DNA of 64,000 nucleotides from Malacoraja senta (taxonomy: Eukaryota): positions 310,001 to 374,000 of the forward strand of contig JAXLNO010000062.1 in NCBI GenBank assembly GCA_038087875.1. The letters run 5' to 3'. Under the pieces are notes generated by a model, which worked only from the letters and a program-made list of their open reading frames with translations, was not told the DNA's origin and made no database searches. Within the stretch, counting starts at the first letter, position 1, and each line of letters opens with the position of its first letter. Shown piece after piece: positions 23,586 to 36,129 of this stretch. Both the position numbers and the translations under genes were made by a program.

Positions 23586-24353
23586 ATCTTCCAGCAGCAG
23601 TTGACATTTATCTTGTGCGTCCCTGTGAACAGCTCATAGATCACTGATGCACAACTGCACAGGATGAACCATGACAAGAGCCCTTGCATTCTTCTTCTGA
23701 CCTTCCTGTCAAACACCCAGTGCATAAGCAGGTGAATAATGTCCACACCACAACCATCTCAATGGCAGCGTGCAGTGGGGTGCTTTTCTGACAGAGCAGG
23801 CAGGGTCTGACTGGGAGGGCTCCTCACACTACTGTTGGCGAGTTCCTCTGTCTGCTTGGGGAGCCATCTGATGGGATCCATCGAGTCCTTCTCCCACAGT
23901 GCCTGTAGCTCGTTCTACCTTGATCACGTGGTCACGGGTAGTTTTCTTCAGGAACCTTTCTGTGAAGGACAGGTAGTAAGGCAATGTCAAACTGAATGGA
24001 ACATTGCATAAGTCTACACCGGCCAACATGTCCCAGCTACACTAGTCCCACCTGCCTGCGTTTGCCCCAGATCCCTCCAAACCTGTCGTATCCATGTCAA
24101 TGTACTGTAATAATTATTGACCTGATCACATAATCCTGCAGCCTTCTATGCTGTATACTTGGGCTCTCCATCGCTCACTTTTATTACACCTTGCTAATTC
24201 CAGATTATGGGAATGGATAAGAGGGATCATTTTGTGGGAACTGTTGAAGGGAGCATTGCCCGTCTGGTTTCTGTATGTGTGTGTGCTCTGCACTCTATTG
24301 CCCTCTACTGCCCCCTTCTTATCCCAGATTATTGTTGTTTTTTCCTTTGGTAG

Positions 24354-24435
24354 GATGTGAAAAGCATTGTGGAGCAAGCACTAAAATACAGCGCTGACAG
24401 GGTTGGATTGGTGGATTATGCACTGGAATCTGCTG
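24354..24435 (+). CDS. SUN2: SUN2-like exon at the start of the SUN domain (DVKSIVEQALKYSADRVGLVDYALESA-G)
   Basis: Carries the SUN1/SUN2 IV..AL..YS.D..G..DYALES.G motif, one residue shorter than SUN1/2. tag| acceptor and G|gtatc donor. Confidence 0.92.
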
Positions 24436-24884
24436 GTATCAGACAAAAGCCCGGGCCAAGTAAAACTCTGAATGTAACAGACTGAAAGGGTGTTGTGTGG
24501 GCTGGCACTTTAGTCATGTTTGACTTGCTCCTTTGGAATGGGGTCTCTTTCACACTGGTCAATATGTCCTGAATAGGCAAGTACAAATCTATGTTGACAG
24601 TACAGGTTTCCCCAGAGCTGCTGAGGTTCACACTGCTGAATGTTAATTTAACTTGTAACTGCTTGATGTTGCGCCAATCCACAACTCATTTAAAGGCCGA
24701 GGCATCGGTGGGATGGCCTTGCCCTGGAGCACTATCGGCCATCTTCATTCTGTCCACTGCTCCACCATCCCTGCAAACACATTGGTTACTCTCCTGTGCA
24801 CTCTCTCCGAAGCTTCATGCCTTTCTGAGGGCAAGGCAGCCAGGACTGGATGCACTACTCCAGCTGTGGCCAAGCCTGTGTTTT

Positions 24885-27335
24885 TGGCAGGGGTGCTGAG
24901 GAAGAGGATTTCTTGGAATGTATGAGGGATAGTTATCTAAACCAACATGTAGAGGAACCAACGAGAGAGCAGGCTATTCTAGACTGGGTATTGAGTAATG
25001 AGGAAGGGTTAGTTAGCAGACTTGTTGTGCGTGCCCCCTTGGGCAAGAGTGACCATAATATGGTTGAGTTCTTCATTAGGATGGAGAGTGACATTGTTAA
25101 TTCAGAAACAACGGTTCTGAACTTAAAGAAAGGTAACTTTGAGGGTATGAGACGTGAATTGGCCAAGATTGACTGGCAATTAGTTCTAAAAGGGTTGACG
25201 GTGGATATGCAATGGAAGGCATTTAAAGACTGCATGGATGAACTACAAAAATTGTTCATCCCAGTTTGGCAAAAGAATAAATCAGGGAAGGTAGTGCATC
25301 CGTGGATAACAAGGGAAATCAGGGATAGTATCAAAGCAAAAGATGATGCGTACAAATTAGCCAGAAAAAGCAGCATACCAGAGGACTGGGAGAAATTCAG
25401 AGACCAGCAGACGAGGACAAAGGGCTTAATTAGGAAAGGGAAAATAGATTATGAAAGGAAAGTGGCAGGGAACATAATAACTGACTGCAAAAGTTTTTAT
25501 AGATATGTGAAGAGAAAGAGATTAGTTAAAACAAATGTAGGTCCCTTGCAGTCAGAAACAGGTGAATTGATCATGGGGAACAAGGATATGGCGGACCAAT
25601 TGAATAACTACTTTGGTTCCGTCTTCACTAAGGAAGACATAAATAATCTGCCGGAAATAGCAGGGCGCCGCGGGTCAAAGGAGATGGAGGAACTGAATGA
25701 AATCCAGGTTAGTCGGGAAGTGGTGTTGGGTAAATTGAATGGATTAAAGGCCGATAAATCACCAGGCTGCATCCCAGAGTACTTAAGGAAGTAGCTCCAG
25801 AAATAGTGGATGCATTAGTGATAATTTTTCAAAACTCTTTAGATTCTGGAGTAGTTCCTGAGGATTGGAGCGTAGCAAACGTAACCCCACTTTTTAAGAA
25901 GGGAGGGAGAGAGAAAACGGGGAATTACAGACCAGTTAGTCTAACATCGGTAGTGGGGAAACTGCTAGAGTCAGTTATTAAAGATGGGATAGCAGCACAT
26001 TTGGAAAGTGGTGAAATCATTGGACAAAGTCAGCATGGATTTACGAAAGGTAAATCGTGTCTGACGAATCTTATAGATTTTTTCGAGGATGTAACTAGTA
26101 GAGTGGATATGGGAGAACCAGTGGATGTGTTGTATCTGGACTTTCAGAAGGCTTTCGACAAGGTACCACATAAGAGATTAGGATACAGACTTAAATCACA
26201 CGGTATTGGGGGTTCAGTATTGATGTGGATAGAGAACTGGCTGGCAAACAGGAAGCAAAGAGTAGGAGTAAACGGGTCCTTTTCACAATGGCAGGCAGTG
26301 ACTAGTGGGGTACGGCAAGGCTCAGTGCTGGGACCCCAGCTATTTACAATTTATATTAATGATCTGGACGAGGGAATTGAAAGCAACATCTCCAAGTTTG
26401 CGGATGACACTAAGCTGGGGGGCAGTGTTAGCTGTGAGGAGGATGCTAAGAGACTGCAGGGTGACTTGGATAGGCTGGGTGAGTGGGCAAATGTTTGGCA
26501 GATGCAGTATAATGTGGATAAATGTGAGGTTATCCATTTTGGTGGCAAAAACGGGAAGGCAGACTATTATCTAAATGGTGGCCGATTAGGAAATGGGGAG
26601 ATGCAGCGAGACCTGGGTGTCATGGTACACCAGTCATTGAAAGTAGGCATGCAGGTGCAGCAGGCAGTGAAGAAAGCGAATGGTATGTTGGCCTTCATAG
26701 CAAGAGGATTTGAGTATAGGAGCAGGGAGGTTCTACTGCAGTTGTACAGGGTCTTGGTGAGACCACACCTGGAGTATTGCGTACAGTTTTGGTCTCCAAA
26801 TCTGAGGAAGGACATTATAGCCATAGAGGGAGTGCAGAGAAGGTTCACCAGACTGATTCCTGGGATGTCAGGACTTTCATATGAAGAAAGACTGGATAGA
26901 CTTGGCTTATACTCGCTAGAATTTAGGAGATTGAGAGGGGATCTTATAGAAACGTACACAATTCTTATGGGGTTGGACAGGCTAGATGCAGGAAGATTGT
27001 TCCCGATGTTGGGGAAGTCCAGGACAAGGGATCACAGCTTAAGGATAAGGGGGAAATCCTTTAAGACCGAGATGAGGAAAAACTTTTTCACACAGAAAGT
27101 GGTGAATCTCTAGAACTCTCTGCCACAGAGGGTAGTTGAGGCCAGTTCATTGGCTATATTTAAGAGGGAGTTAGATGTGGCCCTTGTGGCTAAAGGGATC
27201 AGGGGGTATGGAGAGAAGGCAGGTACGGGATACTGAGTTGGATGATCAGCCATGATCATATTGAATGGCGGTGCAGGCTCGAAGGGCCGAATGGCCTACT
27301 CCTGCACCTATTTTCTATGTATCTATGTATCTATG
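24885..27335 (+). mobile_element. CR1 LINE 5'-truncated (end of APE plus RT), frameshifted
   Basis: ORFs 24850-25794 and 25806-27113 carry KSDHN, YLDFQKAFDKVPH and KFADDTK; (TCTATGTA)n tail. Confidence 0.95.
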
Positions 27336-27754
27336 TTTTACAAAGTTCCCCCATCACTTCTTTGCTCTTGTACTCTGAGCCGTTATTTATAAAGTACAGG
27401 CGTTTTTAAACAACATCCTAAACTTCCTTCTTTCAGAAAACTAGGCACATATATCACCCACGTGTGTAAGAAGGATGTGAAGGTCTGATGAAGGGTCTCA
27501 ACCCGAAACGTCACCCATTCCAGAGACACTGTTGTTTCTTCACTCCTTTTAGAATTGTGCCCTCTAGTTTACATTGCCTTATTCCTCCTCCCAAAATGAA
27601 ATATTTCACATTTGAATTACAGCTGTTCAAACCATATTCTGTATTTGCCTCCAATTCCATGAATATCCCCAGTTCACAGTATCATCTGCAAATCTGGAAC
27701 TCCAAGTCATTTAATGCGTATGAAGAAAAGGTGGGTCTTATTCTGCCCTCTGGC

Positions 27755-27950
27755 CAATTTTACAACTTACATTTAACCTACAAACCTGTACATCTTTGGA
27801 GTGTGGGAGGATACCAGAGCACCCGGAGAAAACCCATGCGGTCACAGGGAGAATGTACAAACTCCGTACAGACAGCACCCGTAGTCAGGATCAAACCCAA
27901 GTCTCTGGTGCTGTCAGGCAGGAGGTCTAACGATCCGTCACTGTGCTGCC
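27755..27950 (-). mobile_element. V-SINE fragment
   Basis: Reverse-complement V-domain and tRNA head. Confidence 0.65.
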
Positions 27951-28289
27951 CTGATTTAATTGCTCCCATCTTCTGTTGGTTGGCCAGTTTTATTCTGTGA
28001 AGCAAAGTTTACGTTGCAGAGAAAGTGAGAACAAAATAGATAGACTGGAGACCAGGAGACATTTGAGATGAATGTCGATACCAGCTGGATCGGTGCAGAT
28101 GCAACTAGTGGCAGACAAATGAAATCTTAAACACCTGTAGAAGTGCAAGAAAAGAAGACAAGCTCATGGTTTGAAATGTGGATAGAAGCTTGGTTCTTCT
28201 CAAGATAACATTGGACAATTGGAATTGTGTAGAAAGCTGAAGATCTACTTTAGGTTTCAGCAATCTGCAGAATGACCAGGATGCTGCCT

Positions 28290-28720
28290 GGATTAGACAG
28301 AATGTTAGAATAGAATATTAGCTATAAGGGGAGGTTGGACAAACGGGATGATTTTGCTGGAGCGTCGGAGGCGGAGACGAGACCTGATAGAAGTATATAA
28401 AATTATGAGAGATATATAGATAGAGTAGGCAGTCTTTCCCCAGGGTGAAAATGTCAAATACGCCAGGGCATAGAGTTAAGGTGAGAGGGGGGATGTTTAA
28501 AGGAGATGTGTGAGGCAAGTTTTTCTTGCACAGCTGTAGGTGTGTTGTCAAGGGAGGTGGTGGAAGCAGATACAATAGTAATCTTTAAAAGACATTTGGA
28601 CAGATACATGTACAGACAGGGAGTAGAGAGATGTAGACCATGTCCCGTCAGATGGGATGAGTTAGGCTGACATCATGGTTGGTGCAGACACAGTGGGACA
28701 AAAGGGCCTGTTCCTGCGAT
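28290..28720 (+). mobile_element. Old CR1 3' fragment
   Basis: Degenerate ..DLIEVYKIMR.. and a gggcctgttcct tail. Confidence 0.65.
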
Positions 28721-29408
28721 GTAAATATATGTTCTACAATATATGAGAAATATATGTTCTACAATATAAATTGTCCTTTCTGGTTAGTCTCTAAACTAGG
28801 TCAGATGTAATGCTAAATGGCTTTATATAATTGAGAAAAAAGAACCTATGCAGACAGCAGTCATTGGTTGCACATGTTCCCAGCTAACTGCCCACAAATA
28901 ACAATATTTTTATATCTTGGTCAGCGGGTAGAAGTTTTGCTTCCATTTTATGTTACAGAAATCTTTCTCATTGTACTTAATTTTTTGCAAAAATAGCTCC
29001 TTGTTTATTATAGTTGTATTGAATGGAAAAATGATGAGAGCAAGTAAATGGTTGAGATTTGGGAGGGTACTTATCCAACCACTGTCACCTGGTGGCCATT
29101 CAGCTGTGTATTTAACGTTTCAGCTGGATTCTGTGCTCCAACCTGTTGGACATTGCATGAAAATTCGCTTTCAAGTTTACTTAAACAATTGTGATTGTAA
29201 CATTACATTATTTCTGCAGTTGTGCTGGATGTGTTGAGTTCTTGGACAAATTGGAAAGTTCTTCTTAGTAGTCAGCACTCAAGCAAAAACTTTCCAATCC
29301 CTCTGCCAGAGTTTTGCAGTTCTCTGCAAACCTGCATATTTCTTGAAGGATTCATGATTAACTTTGTCCATTCAGTGATATGATAATGATTCTGTTTTCT
29401 CTTGTTAG

Positions 29409-29524
29409 GTGGCAGTGTGATCCACACGCGCTGCACATAGACGTTAGAGACCAAGACTGCTCTTCTTACTCTGTTTGGCATTCCACTGTGGTACCAATCT
29501 CACTCACCCACAGCTGTCATTCAA
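29409..29524 (+). CDS. SUN2: SUN-domain exon with nonsense codon (GSVIHTRCT*TLETKTALLTLFGIPLWYQSHSPTAVIQ)
   Basis: Colinear with SUN1/2 (G/A)S(I/V)..TRCSETYETKTALLSLFGIPLWY. TAG at 29438-29440 replaces the conserved Glu. 116 nt. Confidence 0.93.
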
Positions 29525-29819
29525 GTATATACTCCTTGTACTGCTGCTCCCTTCTGTCTTGAAAGCAGTGACCTTCGAATACTCTCCTAGAAACAGCAAG
29601 GTACAGGGACGCTATAGGTCCACAACTTCAAGATTTACTGTTGGGGGCACTACAACTAGTGTGTGTCTTCTGCTTTCCCCAGGTTTATGTGAAACATACT
29701 CTGTCTGCATAACAGTTCTTCCCAGTCAGAAGAATGCAAGGTTTTGATATATATGTCGAAAAAATCATGCATTGGCCCATCATGCGTGCTTGTTCAGTAC
29801 CACAGTTGTGGGATATGGA

Positions 29820-30340
29820 ATAGAAACATGGAAATTATGAACAGGAGTAAGCAATGTGGCCCTTCAAGCCCACTCAACCCCTCAGTGTGATCATGGCTGA
29901 TCATCCAAATTGTGTCCCCAGTTGGGAGACTCCCCATACCTTTCTCCCCTTACCTCTTGGTCCCTCTAGCTACAAGAACAATATTTAACTCATGAGTATA
30001 TTCAACGATCTGATTTCAATTGCATTCTATGATATATAATTCCTCTGGTTCACCACTCTGGATGAAGATATTTCTCCCCCTCTGAGTTCTACATGACCTC
30101 GCCTTCTCCTCGCACTGTGATCCTGGTCCTGAAACTCCAGCATCAGGAACATCTTACCTCGAATCTTTCCAGTCCTGTTACAATTTCTACATTTTGTAGG
30201 TTTCTATAAAATGATCATTCCTTCCAAACTCCAGTGAATATTGACCAGATTGCTCTTCATACGTCGGCCCTGCCATCCCTACAGTTAATCTGTTGCACTT
30301 CTGATGTGTTCCCTCCATAGCAAAAATATCCTTCCTTAAG
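29820..30340 (-). mobile_element. Old CR1 3' fragment
   Basis: Degenerate reverse-complement CR1 3'UTR and ORF2 end. Confidence 0.6.
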
Positions 30341-31285
30341 GAAAAGTGGGCTCCTTCCATCTGCTTTAACCAAACTACGATGCTTTCTGCTCCCCATTCC
30401 TCTCACCTGGATGTAGATTGCCAGTGTGTTTGTCAAATCTTCAATTGAGTTCTGATTTTTAAATCCACTTATCGAGTCATATAGCACAGAAACAGGCCCT
30501 TTGTGCCTAACACGTCCACGTCAACCATCAGGTACCCGTACAACTAATCCCATTTGCCTGTAGCTTACAGAGGTGCCTAAGTCCAGAGGGTTGAGGTTTT
30601 AAAACAAAGAAAGATTTAGAGGAAATCAGAGAAAACATATTTGGGGTTGCATTTGATCATACTACCCGAGACAGAAGTCCTGCTGGTTCAGGTACTTGTC
30701 CTGATACTTTGTAAATGGTGTGAGAGTGGGGACAGTGTGTTAAAAATGTCTCAGTAACTCCTGTTCTCTGCATTAACTTAATAATTGTCAAACCATGAAC
30801 CAAAAGCAGCAAATGGGCTCTGCTGGAAAATTGTAGCGCGTTTTCTCATTCTGCAGGGTTGACGTAAATTGGCAGAAAACATTGAGGGGTCGAGACTGCA
30901 GATGCCTGCCATAGCAACCCCCACCCCAACAACCCGTCCCTGTTCCCAAAATACCATTGACACCCGTTCTAATCAAGAATTGGTCTATCTCTGTCTTAAA
31001 AATATCCACTGATTTGGCCTCCACAGCCCTCTGTGGTAATGAAGTTCCTCCTCACCTCATTTCTAAAGGCGCACCCTTTAATTCTGAGCCTATGGCCTCT
31101 GGTCCTAGACTCTCCCACAAGTGGAAACATCTTTTCCACATCCACTCTATGCCTTTCATTATTCTGTAAGTATCCACATATCCTCACGTGGATCGTGACC
31201 AAAAATCCAAATATTTGCTGTCCCTTTAGGAAGAATCAGTGTTCTGTTGAAAGGAAGGGGGATAATTGTGGGTAGAGAATTGTGT

Positions 31286-31555
31286 GCAGCACAGTGGTAG
31301 AGATGTTGCCTTACAGCGCTTGTAGCGCCAGAGACCCCGGTTCGATCCCAACTATGGGTGCTGCCTGTACGGAGTTTGTACGTTCTCCCCGTGACCTGCG
31401 TGGATTTTCTCCTAGATCTTCGGTTTCCTCCCACTCTCCAAAGACGTACAGGTTTGTAGGTTAATTGGCTTGGTAAATGTAAAACAAAATTGTCCCGAGT
31501 GTGGGTAGGATAGTGTTAATATTTCCTGTTTCCGCGCTGTATCTCTAAACTAAAC
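31286..31555 (+). mobile_element. V-SINE (HE1-like)
   Basis: B box GGTTCGATCCC, V-domain, ..gctgtatctctaaactaaac tail. Confidence 0.8.
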
Positions 31556-31596
31556 GGAGAATTTTTCCTAATTTTTTTTCTTGTTCTCTCTTGCAG

Positions 31597-31766
31597 CCGG
31601 AGGTTCATCCTGGGAACTGTTGGCCATTTAAAGGCTCACAAGGCTTTGTTGTCATCGAGCTTGCTGTCCGGATCAGGCCTACAGCCTTTACCCTAGAGTA
31701 CATTCCAAGATCCATTGATCTCCGCGTGGATCAATTATAAGTGCCCCTCAAGACGTCTCTGTTTAT
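31597..31766 (+). CDS. SUN2: SUN-domain exon with +2 frameshift (PEVHPGNCWPFKGSQGFVVIELAVRIRPTAFTLEYIPRSI / SPRGSIISAPQDVSVY)
   Basis: PGNCW motif. 170 nt against 168 for the 56-aa homologous segment; 2 extra nt near 31717-31718 give TAA at 31738-31740. ttgcag| and |gtgagg borders. Confidence 0.93.
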
Positions 31767-32529
31767 GTGAGGGAAACGTATAGAATATGAGTGAATGTTT
31801 GGGAACCATGGTGTTTGTGTGGAGCATGCTGCTGAACATGGCATGGCTTTCTTGGACATTGGATTCCATGTTCAGGGTCCCGAGTGGTCTCACAATCCAC
31901 GTCAATAACATTAACAAGTTCTGTTAAAAATGAGCAAATTCCATTTCACAGTCCAGAACAATAATCCCTCAAATAGAAGGCCCTCTAATATAATCTTCAA
32001 TCTTCCATGCTACACAAGTTGCTCATACTGGTGTTTGAACTGTGATTCTGGGTTTTCACTGACTTCACTGAGTTTTGTCACTTTATTGCACAATCCTCAA
32101 CACTGCTAACCACAAAAGCTTCATACAGTGATGAAGCAACTTTACAACCAATAGATGAGATTAAAGTTAACACTACCCTACACATACTAGGGACAATTGT
32201 TATACCAAGTGCTTTCCTGAGTGGGGGTGAACAATTCGTCAGTGGTATTCTCTCAGGATTGAGGATGACTTGCTTCCACTCTAGTTCTGTGGGTATAGAG
32301 GTGCCTGATGAGACCCTGTGGGCAATCACTCTCATCTTCACCCACAGATGAGAGTTGATGCTACACATGCAGGACATCGTTTCATTCTGTTTGATTATGT
32401 ACAGATTCACTTCATGTGCTAAATGAGGTGATGACATTTTTCCAATTGACTTTTAGGCAACTACTTTATGACTTTATATATTCAACCAAGCTTTCTTCCA
32501 GGCAAGGGTGAAAGTCCTGCTTCCACCAG

Positions 32530-32608
32530 GCTTGTATAATTGTTGGGGTGATTGGGACAATACACGTATAACAAGGAAGGGGATTCAATCCAGACGTTTG
32601 AGGTGCAG
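32530..32608 (+). CDS. SUN2: Penultimate SUN-domain exon, 5' part decayed (..*LGQYTYNKEGDSIQTFEVQ)
   Basis: 3' part matches SUN1/2 LLG.FTYD.DG..IQTF. CAG|gttat donor. The 5' part is shortened and contains in-frame stops. Confidence 0.8.
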
Positions 32609-32907
32609 GTTATGGAAGTGAATAAAGGATCATTGATTCTTTGCTGGTACAATCCTATAACCTTGGCCTTTTCCTGCAATCTTTAATTTTCCTTTGCCTC
32701 AAATATTTATCTAGCTTTTACAAACATATACTTTGCGATATAGTAACTGTTAATGTGCCAATATTTGACAGCTAGCTCACTGGTGTTTGAACTGTTATTC
32801 TGAGTTTGGTGCTGACTTCACCTATGTTTTAGTTTAGCTTAGAGATACAGTGCTGAAACAGGCCCTTAGTCCGCACCGACCAGCGATCCCGCACACTAAC
32901 ACTATCA

Positions 32908-34320
32908 ATCGACAATAGGTGCAGGAGTAGGCCATTCGGCCCTTCAAGCCAGCACCGCCATTCAATGTGATCATGGCTGATCATCCCCAATCAGTACACC
33001 GTTCCTGCCTTCTCCCCATATCCCCTGACTCTGCTATTTTTAAGAGCCCTAGCTAGCTCTCTCTTGAAAGCATCCAGAGAACCTGCCTCCACCGCCCTCT
33101 GAGGCAGAGAATTCCACACTCACCACTCTCTGTGAGAAAAAGTGTTTCCTCATCTCCGTTCAAAATGGCCTACTCCTTATTCTTAAACTGTGGCCCCTGG
33201 TTCTGGACTCCCCCAACATCGGGAACATGTTTCCTGCCTCTAGCGTGTCCAAGCCTTTAAATATTAATGACCTGGATGAGGGAATTGAAGGCAATATCTC
33301 CAAGTTTGCGGATGACACTAAGCTGGGGGGCAGTGTTAGCTGTGAGGAGGATGCTAGGAGACTGCAAGGTGACTTGGATAGGCTGGGTGAGTGGGCAAAT
33401 GTTTGGCAGATGCAGTATAATGTGGATAAATGTGAGGTTATCCATTTTGGTGGCAAAAACAGGAAAGCAGACTATTTTCTAAATGGTGGCCGACTAGGAA
33501 AAGGGGAGATGCAGCGAGACCTGGGTGTCATGGTACACCAGTCATTGAAAGTAGGCATGCAGGTGCAGCAGGCAGTGAAGAAAGCGAATGGTATGTTAGC
33601 TTTCATAGCAAAAGGATTTGAGTATAGGAGCAGGGAGGTTCTACTGCAGTTGTACAGGGTCTTGGTGAGACCACACCTGGAGTATTGCGTACAGTTTTGG
33701 TCTCCAAATCTGAGGAAGGACATTATTGCCATAGAGGGAGTGCAGAGAAGGTTCACCAGACTGATTCCTGGGATGTCAGGACTGTCTTATGAAGAAAGAC
33801 TGGATAGACTTGGTTTATACTCTCTAGAATTTAGGAGATTGAGAGGGGATCTTATAGAAACTTACAAAATTCTTAAGGGGTTGGACAGGCTAGATGCAGG
33901 AAGAATGCTCCCGATGTTGGGGAAGTCCAGGACAAGGGGTCACAGCTTAAGGATAAGGGGGAAATCCTTTAAAACCGAGATGAGAAGAACTTTTTTCACA
34001 CAGAGAGTGGTGAATCTCTGGAACTCTCTGCCACAGAGGGTAGTCGAGGCCAGTTCATTGGCTATATTTAAGAGGGAGCTAGATGTGGCCCTTGTGGCTA
34101 AAGGGATCAGAGGGTATGGAGAGAAGGCAGGTACGGGATACTGAGTTGGATGATCAGCCATGATCATATTGAATGGCGGTGCAGGCTCGAAGGGCCGAAT
34201 GGCCTACTCCTGCACCTAATTTCTATGTTTCTATGTTTCTATCTTAAAGAGCCCTATCTAGCTCTCTCTTGAAAATTTCCAGAGAACCGCCCTCTGAGGC
34301 AGAGAATTCCACAGACTCAC
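32908..34320. mobile_element. Composite CR1 insertion (minus 32908-33258, plus 33259-34240, short minus 34242-34320) inside a split minus-strand V-SINE (32828-32906 and 34325-34482)
   Basis: The strand switch at 33258/33259 creates the chimeric ORF 33227-34144. The SINE halves join up across the insertion. Confidence 0.82.
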
Positions 34321-34914
34321 AAGACACACACAAGGGACAATTTACATGTATATCAAGCCAATTAACCTACAAACCTGTATTTGGTGTGGAAGGAAACCGA
34401 TGATCTCCCACGGGGAGAATGTACAAACTCTGGAACCCGGAGTTGTAAGGCAGCAACTCTACCGCTGCGCCTCCGTGCCACCCTTTTCTCACTTAAAACA
34501 TATTTGCTTCAGGCGAAAGCTTTATAGAATGCCAAGCTGATTCATTCCAGTAATGGAGATCAAGGTGGCAAAGATCAATCACATGATCCAGGAGCCACCA
34601 GTGAGTTAATGGGGATGAACTCCAGTGAAGGCAACTAAAGCTTGAAATTCTGGCATGGTGATGTTTTCATGCAGTGTCTTGAGATCCCTTTTACTCTGGA
34701 AACTGCAGTATTTACTGTGATTGTCCCCATTGTGCATCTGATGTGGTCTCCGCATTGGTCTTTGCAGGGTGTTGTCATTCTTTCTTCTTTTGGGGCATTG
34801 CCACAGACGTTCAACCAAGTTGATCATGCCCAGGATACTGTTTCATAAAGAACATACTTTTTTGTGTTTCTTCCAACCATCTTTCTGCTTGGTGAGGGCA
34901 GGTGAGATCGGCGC

Positions 34915-35030
34915 TGCTGATTGGTCGGATGCCGGCGGCCATCTTTGTGAGGGGTTGATGGCGGCCATCTTGGTGAGGGCATGTGAGGTCGGCGCCGTTG
35001 ATTGGTCAGATGCCGGCCGCCATCTTGTTA
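34915..35030 (+). promoter_or_regulatory. Putative CR1 internal promoter: duplicated module with ATTGG (reverse CCAAT) boxes and YY1-like GCCATCTT sites
   Basis: ATTGG at 34920 and 35001; GCCATCTT near 34938, 34964 and 35019; CpG-rich. Confidence 0.45.
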
Positions 35031-35199
35031 AGGTCCCGCCGTTCAAGAAGCCTTCTTGAGAAGGTACCAAAGGCCCACACACTTGTGTCCATTGTCCCCT
35101 CTAAACCTGTCTTGTCCACTCACCTGTCCAAGGGTCTTAGTTTACAACTCTTCACCCACCAGTGCCCATTTGACTTACTTTGGCTGGGAAAGTACATCT

Positions 35200-36086
35200 G
35201 GGACCCGTAAACGTGGACCAGACGTCCACATCTGCGCCAGGTGTATCGAGATGGGGCTCCAAATGGACCGTATTAGGAACCTGGAGCAGCAGCTCGATGA
35301 CCTCTGTCTGCTCAGGAAGAGCGAGGAAGTCATTGAGAGGAGTTACAGGGAGATGGTCACTCCAAGACCACAGGAGGCAGGCAAGTGGATCACGGTTGGG
35401 AGAGGCAAGGGGCACAGGCAGGGACTAGAGAGTACCCCGGTGGCTGTACACCTTGACAATAAGTACTCCTGTTTGAGCACTGTTCGGGGGACAGCCTACC
35501 TGGGCGTAGCAACAGCGGCCGGGCCTCCGGTATAGAGACCGGCCCTGTTGCTCAGAAGGGTAAGGAAAAGAAGAGGAGGGCAATACTAATAGGGGACTCT
35601 ATAGTTAGGGGGTCAGACAGGCGATTCTGTGGACGCAGTCGGGAGACCCGGATGGTAGGTTCCCTCCCTGGTGCCAGGGTCTGTGATGTGTCCCAATGTG
35701 TCCAAGATATCCTGAAAGGGCGGGGAGAGGAGCCCGAGGTCGGTGTACATATAGGTACCAATGACATAGGTAAAAAAAGAGAAGAGGTCCTGAAAGGAGA
35801 ATTTAGGGAGTTAGGAGGGGAGGTAAAGAGAAGGACAGCAAAGGTAACAATCTCGGGATTACTGCCTGTGCCACGCGACAGTGAGAGTAGGAATGGAGCG
35901 AGGTGGAGGATAAATGCGTGGCTGAAGGACTGGTGCAGAAGGCAGGGATTCAAATGTCTGGATCATTGGGACCTCTTTTGTGGAAGGTTCGACCTGTACA
36001 AAAAGGATGGGTTGCACTTGAACCTGAGGGGGACCGATATCCTGGTGGGGAGATCTGTAAAGGCTACTGGGGAGACTTTAATTTAG
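35200..36086 (+). pseudogene. CR1 ORF1 (zinc finger/leucine zipper plus SGNH esterase), frameshifted
   Basis: HICARCIEMGLQMDRIRNLEQQLDDL, then ILIGDSIVRG, VHIGTND and KDGLHLN in another frame. Confidence 0.85.
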
Positions 36087-36129
36087 AATGGTTGGGAGGA
36101 GGGACTCAAATAGAGAATGCTATTAGACT

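Noticed and set aside
24933..26959. Recurrent antisense ORFs (MLLFLANLY.., MPPKWITSHL.., MYVSIRSPL..) seen in several places
   Set aside because: They recur only because the CR1 copies are near identical; they are shadows of ORF2.
29438..29440. Programmed readthrough or recoding of the TAG in the SUN domain
   Set aside because: Multiple frameshifts elsewhere in the gene make simple decay far more likely.
33227..34144. Novel 305-aa gene
   Set aside because: Chimera of antisense CR1 sequence and a truncated CR1 RT.
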